The translations under genes and the position numbers were made by a program. From a virus, in IMG/VR virus record IMGVR_UViG_3300049988_000024, positions 1 through 64,000 of that record: 64,000 nt of DNA, one strand, 5' to 3'. Shown here piece after piece: positions 6,950 through 16,347 of the stretch. Within the stretch, counting starts at the first letter, position 1, and each line of letters starts with the position of its first letter. The notes beneath the pieces are model-generated. The model did not search any database and had not been told where the DNA came from. It saw only the letters and a list, made by a program, of their open reading frames with translations.

Positions 6950-9786
6950 TCCGCACTTCTTATTCATTTCGGCACGCCTACGGCTCCCCAAAGGACGCCG
7001 TAGCGCGGCTAAAGGAGATCGGTTGGACCGATGCCCCTCTAGCCGATACAACGGTATTTGGCTACGACGAATGGAGCAAGGCCGCGACCGACGCAGGGCT
7101 CAAGCCTATCTTCGGCGCGACGATTGCGGTTACGCCGTCGCTGAACGCCAAGAAGCCCGTTGTAGACGGCTTTACGTTTCTGGCCAATGAATCAATCCAG
7201 CCAGTTAATCTGCTGATCAGCAAGGCAACGGCACAGTTCCGGTATGTGCCGCAGCTTACGTATGCCGATATCGCGAACGTGGAAGGCGTCTACAAGATCG
7301 CGGGTTATCGTGCGCGGCTAGATGAGCTAGACCCGGCAGACGAAAATCTGTTTATTGGGCTGAGCGTTGCTACGCCGAAGGGCTTCGTTCGTGAGGCGCA
7401 GCGACGGGGCTTCCGCTTCATCGCACATCAGGAAAACCGCTACGCGGCTGAAGACCAGCGCTATGACTATGAGACGGCTTGCGGGCGCGGGGCGTCTTTG
7501 CAAACGTATCCGCAGCATATCTTGAGTGATGAGGAGTGGACGGCGGCGATTGAAGCCAAGGGTCTTGGCGATCTTACATGGGTTGCGTTGCGCAATCGCA
7601 TGGTTGTTTTTGATAACTGTAATGCCACCCTGCCAAAAGCCTCGCTAATTGATCCGAAGCCCTCACAGACGTTGCGCGAGCTGTGCGAAGAAGGCGCAAA
7701 GGAACTCGGCGTTGACCTGAGCAATCCGGTTTATGCCGAACGCCTCGACACAGAGCTAAAGGTCATCGCTGACAAGAAATTCGACAACTATTTCCACCTT
7801 CTAAGCGATCTTCTGCGTTGGGCGCGACGGGAAATGCTTGTTGGCCCTGGTCGGGGGTCTTCGGCGGGTTCTCTTGTCTGCTATCTTCTGCGCATTACCG
7901 AAGTCGATCCGATCCCGCACGGGCTTCTGTTCTGGCGCTTCATCGATCCGAACCGCCCTGACTATCCCGATATCGATACGGACTTTTCTGCAACAGAACG
8001 TGATCAGGTTATCGAGTATCTGAAGCAAAAGTACGGGGCGGATCGTGTCGCAAAGATCGGTGCCGTTTCCATGTGGCAATCCAAGAACGCGATGAACGAG
8101 ACGGCCAAAGCGATGGGCGTTTCGAAATATGAGACCACTGCCGTTATCGGATCGGTCACGAAGTATGCGGCGGGCGATTCGCGCTCCGATCATGCCTTGC
8201 AAGACGCCTTTGACCAAACGGCAAACGGCAAGGCATTCCTCCAACGACATCCTGAGATGGCGGTTGCGGGGCGGCTTGGCGGCAATCCTTCGCATTCCAC
8301 GACGCACGCGGCAGGCTTGATCCTGACGAACGAGCCGCTTTCGCTTTACGTGGCCATGGACGCGCGGACGCAAACGGCACAGATCGATGGGCCGACTGCT
8401 GAGAAGCGCGGCGCGATCAAGCTGGATGCGCTGGGCCTGACTTCGCTTTCGATATTTCAGGATGCCTTGCGCCTTGCAGGGCTTCCCGTGGATCATCTGT
8501 CGCACGTCCCGCTAGACGATCCTGCCGCTTTCGACGTTCTGAACAAGGGGCATTTCTGTTCGTTGTTTCAGTTCGATGGGAGGGCGTTGCAGAACTTGAC
8601 GCGCGAGGTTCATGTTTCGTCGCTCTACGATATTTCCACGCTTTCGGCGCTGGCACGTCCTGGTCCATTGAATAGCGGGGCGGCTTCGTCGTGGGTTAAG
8701 CGCAAGAACGGGCGCGAGGAAGTCACTTATGTTGATCCACGACTAGAGCCGTATCTGAAGCCGTACCTTGGCCTTCTGATCATGCAAGAAAGCGTGATGC
8801 TGATCGCGCGGGAATTGGCGGGACTGGATTGGAACGCCGTGGCAGCGCTGCGCAAGGCTATCGGCAAGTCCATGGGACCGGAAGCCATGCGGGCTTATGG
8901 CGATCCGTTCCGTGAGGGCTTGATCGCAAACGGGTTTGAGCCTGAGACGGCCAATCGCCTTTGGCAGGACATTCTAGGATTCGGTGGGTATGGCTTCAAT
9001 CTTTCGCATTCGATTGCCTATGCCACGGTTTCTTATTGGTCGTGTTGGCTGAAGGCGCACTATCCATTAGAATTTGCCGCAGCCGCTTTGACGCATCAGG
9101 ATGACTCAGAAAAGCAGATTGCGCTCTTGCGCGAATTGGCGCAAGAAGGCGTTTCCTACGTTCCGATTGATGCCGAGCAATCCACGGATCAATGGCGCGT
9201 CGGTTATCGCGATGGCCGAAAGGTTCTAGTTGGCCCCTTGTCGAATTGCATCGGCCTTGGTCCCAAGATGCAGCAATCCATCTTGTCGGCGCGGGCTAGG
9301 GGCGAGGCGTTGCCAGACCGAGCCGCCAAGCTACTGGCGAAAGCTGAAACCAAGATTGATTCGCTTTGGCCTATCGCTGATGCAATTCGCAACATCGATC
9401 TAGCGGCAAAGGGTATTCAGACGAAGCCGATTCCTATCGGCGAATACGCAGCGACCGACGAATGGGAAGAGGATCGCGTTGTTGTGGGCGTCGTCACGGT
9501 TTGCAAGGAACGGGACGAAAATGAGCCGCAGCGGATCGAGGATCGTCTAGCGAATGGCCGCGAAGGGCGCATGAGCGGCAAGACGGCTTATCTAGAAATG
9601 CGCGTTTCGGATGACAGCGGGACACTGCTTTGCAAGGTTGGGCGCAATGACTTCGATCCGCTCGGCAAATCGCTACTTGACAAAGTGCGTGAAGGGCATA
9701 CTATCATCGCTTGCAAGGGCACATGCCCACCTGAGATTAGCATGATGCTGGTGAAACAAGCGCGGATTCTAGGAGAATTAAAATGA
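6946..9786 (+). CDS. DNA polymerase III alpha-type (DnaE-like) replicative polymerase
   Basis: 946 aa. GPGRGSSAGSLVCYLLRITEVDPIPHGLLFWRFIDPNRPDYPDIDTDF is the DnaE palm signature. The N-terminal PHP histidines look degenerate (IRTSYSFRHAYGS). Confidence 0.9.
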   Translation: MIRTSYSFRHAYGSPKDAVARLKEIGWTDAPLADTTVFGYDEWSKAATDAGLKPIFGATIAVTPSLNAKKPVVDGFTFLANESIQPVNLLISKATAQFRYVPQLTYADIANVEGVYKIAGYRARLDELDPADENLFIGLSVATPKGFVREAQRRGFRFIAHQENRYAAEDQRYDYETACGRGASLQTYPQHILSDEEWTAAIEAKGLGDLTWVALRNRMVVFDNCNATLPKASLIDPKPSQTLRELCEEGAKELGVDLSNPVYAERLDTELKVIADKKFDNYFHLLSDLLRWARREMLVGPGRGSSAGSLVCYLLRITEVDPIPHGLLFWRFIDPNRPDYPDIDTDFSATERDQVIEYLKQKYGADRVAKIGAVSMWQSKNAMNETAKAMGVSKYETTAVIGSVTKYAAGDSRSDHALQDAFDQTANGKAFLQRHPEMAVAGRLGGNPSHSTTHAAGLILTNEPLSLYVAMDARTQTAQIDGPTAEKRGAIKLDALGLTSLSIFQDALRLAGLPVDHLSHVPLDDPAAFDVLNKGHFCSLFQFDGRALQNLTREVHVSSLYDISTLSALARPGPLNSGAASSWVKRKNGREEVTYVDPRLEPYLKPYLGLLIMQESVMLIARELAGLDWNAVAALRKAIGKSMGPEAMRAYGDPFREGLIANGFEPETANRLWQDILGFGGYGFNLSHSIAYATVSYWSCWLKAHYPLEFAAAALTHQDDSEKQIALLRELAQEGVSYVPIDAEQSTDQWRVGYRDGRKVLVGPLSNCIGLGPKMQQSILSARARGEALPDRAAKLLAKAETKIDSLWPIADAIRNIDLAAKGIQTKPIPIGEYAATDEWEEDRVVVGVVTVCKERDENEPQRIEDRLANGREGRMSGKTAYLEMRVSDDSGTLLCKVGRNDFDPLGKSLLDKVREGHTIIACKGTCPPEISMMLVKQARILGELK

Positions 9787-10166
9787 CGCATATTCAGAAC
9801 GCTCGCATCACAGATGCAACGATCCATTTTGAGCGCGGTTTTGCGCTCACGGCTTGGATTCACGTTGAAATGGAGTCGGGCAACCAAGGTTTTGGCGGCT
9901 TTGTTATGGGCGGTAACCCATTTGATGAGAACGTTGTTTGCGCCAAGCATCAGAACCAGAAGAATCTTGCGGCAGACGTTATTGGCGGGTTTATGGCGAT
10001 TGCCGATGTGGAGTCGTGGGACAAGATGAAGGGCAAGGTTATTCGTGTAGAACACGAAACAAGTGGGTGGAATGGACCTATTTTGGCTATTGGTCATGCG
10101 GTCAAGGATCGTTGGTATCGACCGAAGGAGCGTATGGCACTCCTAACAGGTCGGACAGATGACTAA
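9783..10166 (+). CDS. hypothetical protein
   Basis: ORF track. GGAGAATTAAAATG start context. Confidence 0.65.
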   Translation: MTHIQNARITDATIHFERGFALTAWIHVEMESGNQGFGGFVMGGNPFDENVVCAKHQNQKNLAADVIGGFMAIADVESWDKMKGKVIRVEHETSGWNGPILAIGHAVKDRWYRPKERMALLTGRTDD

Positions 10167-10476
10167 GCACCGCGACCCCGGCGCATGGAAACGCGAGGAT
10201 TATCGTGGGGCGCACCGAAAAGGAGAGATCACATGGGGCGGTATTCGCTTTCTCATGGTGAAGGAAAAGGTTGATTCGAAGCCTCATCCGCGTTATTATG
10301 CCCTGTTGACCACGGATTACCAGCCGGTGGCCGTGGGTTCGCAGAATAACAGCGGTCGTGGCGATCCTGGTCCGCAGACCGTGGATGACTGGCTTAAGCT
10401 GTTTGCGGAGTGCTTTCCCGATACGGCGGATGGACGCGCTTTTTTGCGCGCAAGACTAGAGGAGATTGCAGCGTGA
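10159..10476 (+). CDS. hypothetical protein
   Basis: ORF track. Confidence 0.6.
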   Translation: MTKHRDPGAWKREDYRGAHRKGEITWGGIRFLMVKEKVDSKPHPRYYALLTTDYQPVAVGSQNNSGRGDPGPQTVDDWLKLFAECFPDTADGRAFLRARLEEIAA

Positions 10477-10799
10477 AAGATTGGCATTTGGGGCAGCGTT
10501 GTGTTTGTATTCGCGACTTTAGCGGAGAAGCAAGAGCTTATCCTGCTAAAGTGAGCTGGCCCGTAAAAGATCAGATTTTAACGATTCGTGGGATTGATAA
10601 GAGAATATCTAATCGTGGTAGCGAAGTTCTTGGGCTTCTTTTTGAAGAAATCACGAATCCTATTCTTTTGTTGAGCGACGGAACAACACGCGAACCAGCT
10701 TTTGGTGATTGGGATTTCCGCCCCCTAGACGAATCGCGCCTTGACCAGTTCCGCGCGCACTTGAATCCGAAGAGCGTAGAGGAGAAGATGGATGCCTAA
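10473..10799 (+). CDS. hypothetical protein
   Basis: ORF track 10410..10799. In-frame GTG at 10473 follows GGAG and overlaps the upstream TGA. Confidence 0.55.
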   Translation: MKDWHLGQRCVCIRDFSGEARAYPAKVSWPVKDQILTIRGIDKRISNRGSEVLGLLFEEITNPILLLSDGTTREPAFGDWDFRPLDESRLDQFRAHLNPKSVEEKMDA

Positions 10800-10926
10800 G
10801 TATGTTTCACGTTTCGGTTCCGAAAGCGTTATTCTTCGATCTAAACCGGAACAGCAAGCCATTCTAAAGCTTTCAGCGCTTGAGCTAATCAAGCAAACTG
10901 CAAAGGAGATGAAAACGAATGCCTAA
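10792..10926 (+). CDS. hypothetical small protein (44 aa)
   Basis: Hand-found. ATG at 10792 after GGAGAAG; TAA at 10924-10926; overlaps both neighbours. Confidence 0.4.
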   Translation: MPKYVSRFGSESVILRSKPEQQAILKLSALELIKQTAKEMKTNA

Positions 10927-11113
10927 CGATTGGATGGAATGGGTGGCTTTGGTTGGCCGATACGACCTTCCGGTTGACGTGAAGCATAACGATCTGGTTG
11001 AATATCGTTTGCGGGACGGTTACACGCATACGATTGCTGCGGGCCAACTCGAATGGGATGCTTCCCAAGAAGATTCCGATACGGATATCGTAGCTTATCG
11101 AAAGGTGTCGTAA
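10919..11113 (+). CDS. small protein carrying the W..G..P..RDG..W..DI(I/V)AY(R/K) domain
   Basis: ORF track. Shares a C-terminal pattern with the tandem paralogues at 19616-20469. Confidence 0.6.
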   Translation: MPNDWMEWVALVGRYDLPVDVKHNDLVEYRLRDGYTHTIAAGQLEWDASQEDSDTDIVAYRKVS

Positions 11114-11778
11114 TGGCTGATATCAGCGTCGAATACATCAATCACATGGGAGACGATTTGAGCGTCGTGAATGCGGCGCGAGTTTCATTCAGCAAACAAT
11201 CTGAAGCGATTGGAATTTGGCCAAATGAGCTTGAAGAACGCGATCAAAAGCTTATCCGCTACCTAGCCAAGCACAATCACGAAATGCCGTTCGCTCATCC
11301 TCATATCACGGTTCGCGTCAAGGCCCCTGTGCCTATCGCTCGGCAAGCGTTCAAGTCGAAGATTGGCTTCGTGGAGTCAGAGGAGTCGCGGCGCTATATC
11401 AAGACGACGCCTGAGGTGTACGTGCCGGATGTGTTTCGCTCCGCGCCGGAAGGGTCGATTAAGCAGGGGAGCGGCGAGGCGCATAAAGATTCGTCTTGGT
11501 GGCGAATGAAATATGCGCAAAATACGAAAGAAGCAATTGAATTATATGAAGATATGATCCGAAATGGCATTTGTCCCGAACAAGCCCGTTTCGTTCTCCC
11601 GCAAGGTGCTATGGTGAATTGGGTTTGGACGGGTTCGCTTCTGGCATTTGCACGGTTCTACAAGCTGCGAAGCGACGCGCACGCTCAGCAAGAGGTGCAA
11701 GTGTTGGCGCGGAAGGTTGGCGAGATTTTAGGGCCGCTGTTTCCAGTGAGTTGGGAGGCTTTGACGAATGCGGTTTGA
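11113..11778 (+). CDS. thyX: ThyX-family (flavin-dependent thymidylate synthase-like) protein with non-canonical signature motif
   Basis: HMGDDLSVVNAARVSF, ETPF-like HEMPFAH, ESRRY and RSDAHAQQEV line up with ThyX. The RHR signature position reads KSK (ARQAFKSKIGF). Confidence 0.75.
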   Translation: MADISVEYINHMGDDLSVVNAARVSFSKQSEAIGIWPNELEERDQKLIRYLAKHNHEMPFAHPHITVRVKAPVPIARQAFKSKIGFVESEESRRYIKTTPEVYVPDVFRSAPEGSIKQGSGEAHKDSSWWRMKYAQNTKEAIELYEDMIRNGICPEQARFVLPQGAMVNWVWTGSLLAFARFYKLRSDAHAQQEVQVLARKVGEILGPLFPVSWEALTNAV

Positions 11779-11971
11779 AACAGGTGATTTTGTTTTCTGC
11801 CCAACGTTGGGTGCAAAAGAGGCATTCTATGGCATAGTAACATCGTTTTTAGGCGGGACAAAAAATTACGGCGAGCAATATGAAATCAAAGATGTATCAG
11901 ATGGCACGGGATGGGTACGAACGACTAAAGAAGCCTTTATTGCTTATGGGCCTTTAAGAAACAAATTGTGA
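11768..11971 (+). CDS. hypothetical protein
   Basis: ORF track. Confidence 0.55.
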   Translation: MRFETGDFVFCPTLGAKEAFYGIVTSFLGGTKNYGEQYEIKDVSDGTGWVRTTKEAFIAYGPLRNKL

Positions 11972-11993
11972 CGTAAGTTAACGGTTAAAAGGT

Positions 11994-12022
11994 TTGACTT
12001 TCGCGGTCATCTCGTGTATAAT
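11994..12022 (+). promoter_or_regulatory. consensus sigma70-type promoter upstream of the RNR gene
   Basis: TTGACT (11994-11999), 17 nt, TATAAT (12017-12022). Confidence 0.75.
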
Positions 12023-12045
12023 TCACGGTCTTTCGCTATTCGGAA

Positions 12046-14181
12046 ATGGCACCCATTCAAGCGCCCCTAGTGGGCGCTATTTTTGTCCCTGTAAGGTCAT
12101 CATACATGCTTCAGACCACCGTTGAATTCGACACCCGCGCCACCTTGGCGGAATCCAAGTTTCTGGAATCCTATAGCCGCCTCAAGCCCGACAATACCTA
12201 TGAAACGTGGGACGATTCGGTTGAGCGCGTCATGCGGATGCACCGCGAAAAGTACGCGGATCGCATGACCTACGAGCTTGATGGGTACATGCGCGAGGCC
12301 GAAGACAGTTACAAGCGCAAAGCGTTTTTGGGATCGCAGCGCGCCCTTCAGTTCGGAGGGGCGGAAATCCTGCGCAAGAACGCGCGAATGTATAATTGCA
12401 CGGCGTCCTATGCGGATCGGCCGCGCTTCTTCGCGGAAACCTTCTGGCTTCTCCTGTGCGGCTGCGGCGTCGGCTTCAGTGTGCAAACGCAGCACATCGC
12501 CAAGTTGCCGGTTGTTCAAGAACCTACGGGGCGCCCGATCGTTCATATCGTCGCAGACAGCATCGAAGGATGGGCCGATGCGGCACAAGCGCTATTCGAT
12601 AGCTACTTCCGTGGCACGCCACCCGTCAAGTTTAACTTTGATCTGGTTCGCGAAAAGGGCGCCTTCATTTCGGGCGGCTTCAAGGCCCCTGGCCCGGAGC
12701 CATTGCGCAAGGCACTCGATAAGATTCGCCCGATCCTGGATGCTGCTATCGGTCGCCAGATGGCCGATATCGAGGTTTACGATTGCGTCATGCACCTCAG
12801 TGACGCCGTTCTGTCAGGCGGTGTCCGACGCGCGGCCACGATTTGCATTTTCTCCAAGACTTCGGAGGCGATGCTGAAGGCCAAGACCGGCAACTGGTTT
12901 GTGGAGAACCCGCAGCGTGGGCGTTCCAATAACTCGGTTGCGCTTCTCCGGTCTGAAACCACATGGGAAGAGTTCTCTGCGATCATGCGGAGCGTGGAAC
13001 AGTTCGGCGAACCGGGCTTTGTGTTCTTGGATGACCTAGACCACCTGTTCAACCCATGCGTTGAAGTGGGTATGAAGGGCAAGACGGAAGACGGCGTTTC
13101 TGGTTGGCAGGGTTGCAACCTTTGCGAGATTTCCGGCGCTTATTGCACAACTGAAGAGCTTTTCTTTGAAGCCTGCCGGTCTGCCGCTATCATGGGCACA
13201 TTGCAGGCGGGTTACACGGACTTCGCTTATCTTGGCGAGGCGTCGGAACGGATTTTCCGTCGCGAAGCCCTGCTTGGCGTTTCCATTACAGGCTTCATGA
13301 ATTCGCCGGATATCTTGCTGAACGCGGACACGCTGCGGCGCGGGGCTGAGATCGTTAAGGAAACCAACCGCGAAGTCGCGGCGCTGATCGGCATCAATCC
13401 TGCGGCCCGTTGCACCGTTGTGAAGCCTTCCGGCAATGCGTCGGTTCTTCTTCAAACGGCTTCTTCGACGCAAGGCGAACACGCTAAGCGCTACCTTCGC
13501 AATGTCCAATACAACGCCCTGAACGAGGTTCCGCAGCTTATCCAGGCGACTAACCCGGCAATGGTGGAACGTTCCGTTTGGTCGCAGAATGAGACGGATG
13601 TGGTTATCTCCTATCCTATCACGCCGCCGAAGTCGTCCCGGTTCCGGCAGGATATCATGGGCGTTCGGCAGCTAGAAATCGTCCGCATGATTCAAGAGAA
13701 CTGGATCGAAGGCGGAAAGAACGCTGAGCTTTGCGTTGACGAGTCGTTGTCGCACAACGTCAGCAATACGATTACGGTCGATAATTGGGCTGATGTCGCG
13801 CGCTACGTGTACGACAACCGATTTACGTTTGCGGGTATCTCGTTTCTTGCCTATAGTGGTGACCGTGACTATGCGCAGGCACCTTTTACGGAAGTCTTGT
13901 TGGCGGATGAGATTCGCCGGAAGCATGGGCTGAACTGGCGGTTATTTGATGAGGTCTTTGAGGACGTAAATTATAACGTTGCTATTCGCCGGAAGCCTTG
14001 GCACGAGCTAAGCTTGCTCGAAAAGGATTGCTTGATCCTTGGGAAGTGGAATGCCATTCAAGAAACCTATGTGCCGATTGATTGGCGGGACCTGAAAACA
14101 AAGGACTACACGGATATTGATCAATTAGGGGCAATGGCTTGCAACGTTGATCCATTGACAGGAGTTTCAAACTGTGCTTGA
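12046..14181 (+). CDS. ribonucleotide reductase, class II-like (monomeric RTPR/NrdJ-like)
   Basis: 711 aa. GCGVGFSV, VLSGGVRRAA, RGRSNNSV, FGEPGFVF, NPCVE...CNLCEI and TVVKPSGN line up with RNR catalytic-core motifs. Start uncertain (alternative ATG at 12106). Confidence 0.75.
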   Translation: MAPIQAPLVGAIFVPVRSSYMLQTTVEFDTRATLAESKFLESYSRLKPDNTYETWDDSVERVMRMHREKYADRMTYELDGYMREAEDSYKRKAFLGSQRALQFGGAEILRKNARMYNCTASYADRPRFFAETFWLLLCGCGVGFSVQTQHIAKLPVVQEPTGRPIVHIVADSIEGWADAAQALFDSYFRGTPPVKFNFDLVREKGAFISGGFKAPGPEPLRKALDKIRPILDAAIGRQMADIEVYDCVMHLSDAVLSGGVRRAATICIFSKTSEAMLKAKTGNWFVENPQRGRSNNSVALLRSETTWEEFSAIMRSVEQFGEPGFVFLDDLDHLFNPCVEVGMKGKTEDGVSGWQGCNLCEISGAYCTTEELFFEACRSAAIMGTLQAGYTDFAYLGEASERIFRREALLGVSITGFMNSPDILLNADTLRRGAEIVKETNREVAALIGINPAARCTVVKPSGNASVLLQTASSTQGEHAKRYLRNVQYNALNEVPQLIQATNPAMVERSVWSQNETDVVISYPITPPKSSRFRQDIMGVRQLEIVRMIQENWIEGGKNAELCVDESLSHNVSNTITVDNWADVARYVYDNRFTFAGISFLAYSGDRDYAQAPFTEVLLADEIRRKHGLNWRLFDEVFEDVNYNVAIRRKPWHELSLLEKDCLILGKWNAIQETYVPIDWRDLKTKDYTDIDQLGAMACNVDPLTGVSNCA

Positions 14182-14701
14182 AGTTTGGAAACAGGTAATT
14201 GGATATGAAGATTCTTATGAGGTTTCAAGCATAGGAAGGGTGCGGTCGATTGACCGCACGGTTAGTTGCAATACAGGAACAAGAGTTGTTCCGGGAGTTT
14301 TTCTAAAGCTAAATCCTCACAATAGAACTGGACATCCGCGCGTTTCGCTTTCACGTAAAAGAAAGATGACTTCTTTCTTTGTCCACACACTCATGATGCG
14401 CGCTTTTGTTGGTGAAAGACCAAAAGGATATCATATTTGCCATAACGATGGGGATTCAAGCAACAATCGATTAGATAATTTGCGATATGATACGCCTAAA
14501 GCAAATAGCCGTGATAAAATTATTCATGGAACAATTGCAAAAATGGAAAGGAACGGTTTCGCAAAATTAAATTCGGAAGAGGTAGAAAAGATTCGAGGCT
14601 TTAGAAAAGAGGGCAGAACACTCAAATCAATCTCAATTGAATTTGATACTTGTATTAGCAACGTAGCTAAGATATGTAATCACGAAACGTGGACAGGTTA
14701 G
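14174..14701 (+). CDS. HNH homing endonuclease (NUMOD4 + HNH_3-like)
   Basis: WKQVIGYEDSYEVSSIGRVRS and ICHNDGDSSNNRLDNLRYDT. AT-rich; overlaps the RNR stop. Confidence 0.8.
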   Translation: MLEVWKQVIGYEDSYEVSSIGRVRSIDRTVSCNTGTRVVPGVFLKLNPHNRTGHPRVSLSRKRKMTSFFVHTLMMRAFVGERPKGYHICHNDGDSSNNRLDNLRYDTPKANSRDKIIHGTIAKMERNGFAKLNSEEVEKIRGFRKEGRTLKSISIEFDTCISNVAKICNHETWTG

Positions 14702-14711
14702 GAGAACCAAA

Positions 14712-15131
14712 ATGCCCGACATTCGCGAAGAGCATATGAATGACCATTTCACGAAGTTCCATCTAGGGGGACTGCCATTCGCGGCAGTTATCCATCGGTT
14801 TACGCAGGCCGATGGCCCCGGCGCTGACCCTCACGACCATCCCTGGCCGTTCACGTCTACGATTCTAAAAGGCGGTTACGTAGAACAGGTTTTCAGCGTT
14901 GACGCTCCGATGACAATGTTGGAAAAATATCGAATTGCTGGCGAGACTTTTCGAAATGAAGCCGGAACGATTCATCGAATTACTCGTCTTCTAGCGGACG
15001 AATGCTGGACTCTCATTCTACCTGAGGAATGGGAACGTAAGTCCGGTTTCTATCAATTCGACGGACACGCTGTCTTTCATCGCTTCTGGGACGAACACGA
15101 ATTTCAGCCCTACAAGGAGGACCGCAAATGA
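14712..15131 (+). CDS. hypothetical protein (His-rich DPHDHPWPF motif, possibly cupin-like)
   Basis: ORF track. The motif assignment is only a guess. Confidence 0.6.
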   Translation: MPDIREEHMNDHFTKFHLGGLPFAAVIHRFTQADGPGADPHDHPWPFTSTILKGGYVEQVFSVDAPMTMLEKYRIAGETFRNEAGTIHRITRLLADECWTLILPEEWERKSGFYQFDGHAVFHRFWDEHEFQPYKEDRK

Positions 15132-15298
15132 TGCGACTCCTTGAATTGCTTATCTTTGGCCATGTCCACAAGTGGAAGGAGGACAAACGATTTGCGCTAA
15201 CCGGCCCGAATTGGAACGGCGAACGCGCTACTATTGGTGAGAAAGTTCATTGTACGTGCGAAATCTGTGGTAAACCAAAGGCGTTTAAGCTTACATGA
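15128..15298 (+). CDS. hypothetical small protein (56 aa)
   Basis: Hand-found; overlaps both neighbours (MMRLLELLIFGHVHKWKEDKRF...CTCEICGKPKAFKLT). Confidence 0.45.
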   Translation: MMRLLELLIFGHVHKWKEDKRFALTGPNWNGERATIGEKVHCTCEICGKPKAFKLT

Positions 15299-15531
15299 CG
15301 TATCGAGTCTATGGATACACCGGCTGCATCTGGTGCGACAAGGCTAAGGAATTCCTTGGCGACGTTGGCGAGAGCTTCGTTTTCATTCCGCTGGAAACGG
15401 CTGAGGAGCGTGAGGCTTTTCTTGACGAGCGTGGGATTGAAGCGCCGAATCGGACTTGGCCAAGGGTCTACGAGGGAGAGACACTTGTCGGTGGCTACAG
15501 GGAATTGCTAGAAAAGTTCATGCCTGTGTGA
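15295..15531 (+). CDS. glutaredoxin / NrdH-like redoxin
   Basis: 78 aa. CIWC active-site motif at residues 11-14. TWPRVYEGETLVGGYREL is typical of glutaredoxins. Near the RNR gene. Confidence 0.8.
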   Translation: MTYRVYGYTGCIWCDKAKEFLGDVGESFVFIPLETAEEREAFLDERGIEAPNRTWPRVYEGETLVGGYRELLEKFMPV

Positions 15532-15613
15532 TTTAGGGCTTGACATAGCCGTCAAAATATGAAAGAACTTGAGCCGTGGGTATGTTGCCTGCGGCTTTTT
15601 CTATGAGGCTAAG

Positions 15614-15931
15614 ATGAAATATTTTGAAGGCCAGATCGTCCATGTTCGTGGCAAGATCACGAATGAAGACGCTTACGTTCAGTTTGGTAGCGGGCCGGGA
15701 TCAATGCTGATTCCAACCGAGCAATGCGAAATTGTTTGGAGCGAGAAGCCGGAATTGAAGATTGGCAATCTTGTGACTGTTAGCGGGATGGCATATCGAG
15801 ATAATGTTTATCGGATTATCGGATCGGATAGCGATATCTTTTGGCTCAAGAACATTAAAGATGGTTCACGAATTACAATGCATAAGCCCAATGTTTTCTA
15901 TTGGGGCGAAGGTACGTTGAAGTCTGCATGA
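15614..15931 (+). CDS. hypothetical protein
   Basis: ORF track 15569..15931, ATG at 15614. Confidence 0.55.
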   Translation: MKYFEGQIVHVRGKITNEDAYVQFGSGPGSMLIPTEQCEIVWSEKPELKIGNLVTVSGMAYRDNVYRIIGSDSDIFWLKNIKDGSRITMHKPNVFYWGEGTLKSA

Positions 15932-16101
15932 CAATCACCCCTGAAGAATATGAGCGATACCTCATGCCGGTTTCAAAGAAGACATGCGTTTACCACTACA
16001 TGGACTTCAATCTCAGGGGAATTCCTGAGATTCGATCTGTCACGCTTCCCATGATTACTTGCCTTGGAGAAGGCCCATTCATGATCAAGCGCAGGGATTG
16101 A
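15928..16101 (+). CDS. hypothetical protein
   Basis: ORF track 15901..16101. ATGA overlap at 15928. Confidence 0.5.
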   Translation: MTITPEEYERYLMPVSKKTCVYHYMDFNLRGIPEIRSVTLPMITCLGEGPFMIKRRD

Positions 16102-16104
16102 ACG

Positions 16105-16284
16105 ATGCCTAGTCTTTATATCAAGTGTGAAAAATGTACCGAGACTTTCACAATTTTTGAATATATTGCTGGAAGCGGCAAGCCAACAAGGAAAGCTGCC
16201 TTTGCAAATGGTTGGCAGACTATAATCATTGACGGAGAAGCGAATGATTTTTGCCCTAAGCATCGGAGTGAGGAGGAGAATTGA
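16105..16284 (+). CDS. small Cys-containing protein (59 aa, zinc-ribbon-like)
   Basis: Hand-found: MPSLYIKCEKCTETF...DFCPKH. Confidence 0.45.
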   Translation: MPSLYIKCEKCTETFTIFEYIAGSGKPTRKAAFANGWQTIIIDGEANDFCPKHRSEEEN

Positions 16285-16347
16285 CGGCGTGGACTGGTTG
16301 GTTTATGGTGCCTTTTTCGGGCTTTATCTGGTTTGGTGGGTGGTGAA

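Noticed and set aside
7801-8505. 234-aa minus-strand ORF inside the DnaE-type polymerase gene. Similar long antisense ORFs occur at 12100-12588, 22091-22669, 23030-23788, 33568-34287, 34849-35391, 36271-36816, 42014-42565, 45107-45637 and 51424-52071.
   Set aside because: They lie antisense to genes with strong family signatures and are Arg/Ser/Pro-rich with no RBS. This is typical of shadow ORFs in moderately GC-rich coding DNA.
12023-12105. A riboswitch, for example cobalamin, in the RNR leader.
   Set aside because: At most about 80 nt lie between the promoter and the later candidate start, which is too short for a B12 riboswitch. The stretch may simply be the N-terminus if the ATG at 12046 is used.
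15549-15580. TTGACA at 15551-15556 as a promoter after the glutaredoxin gene.
   Set aside because: No acceptable -10 at 16-18 nt (AAGAAC or AAAGAA). The TTGAC/GTCAA pair there more likely forms a small hairpin.
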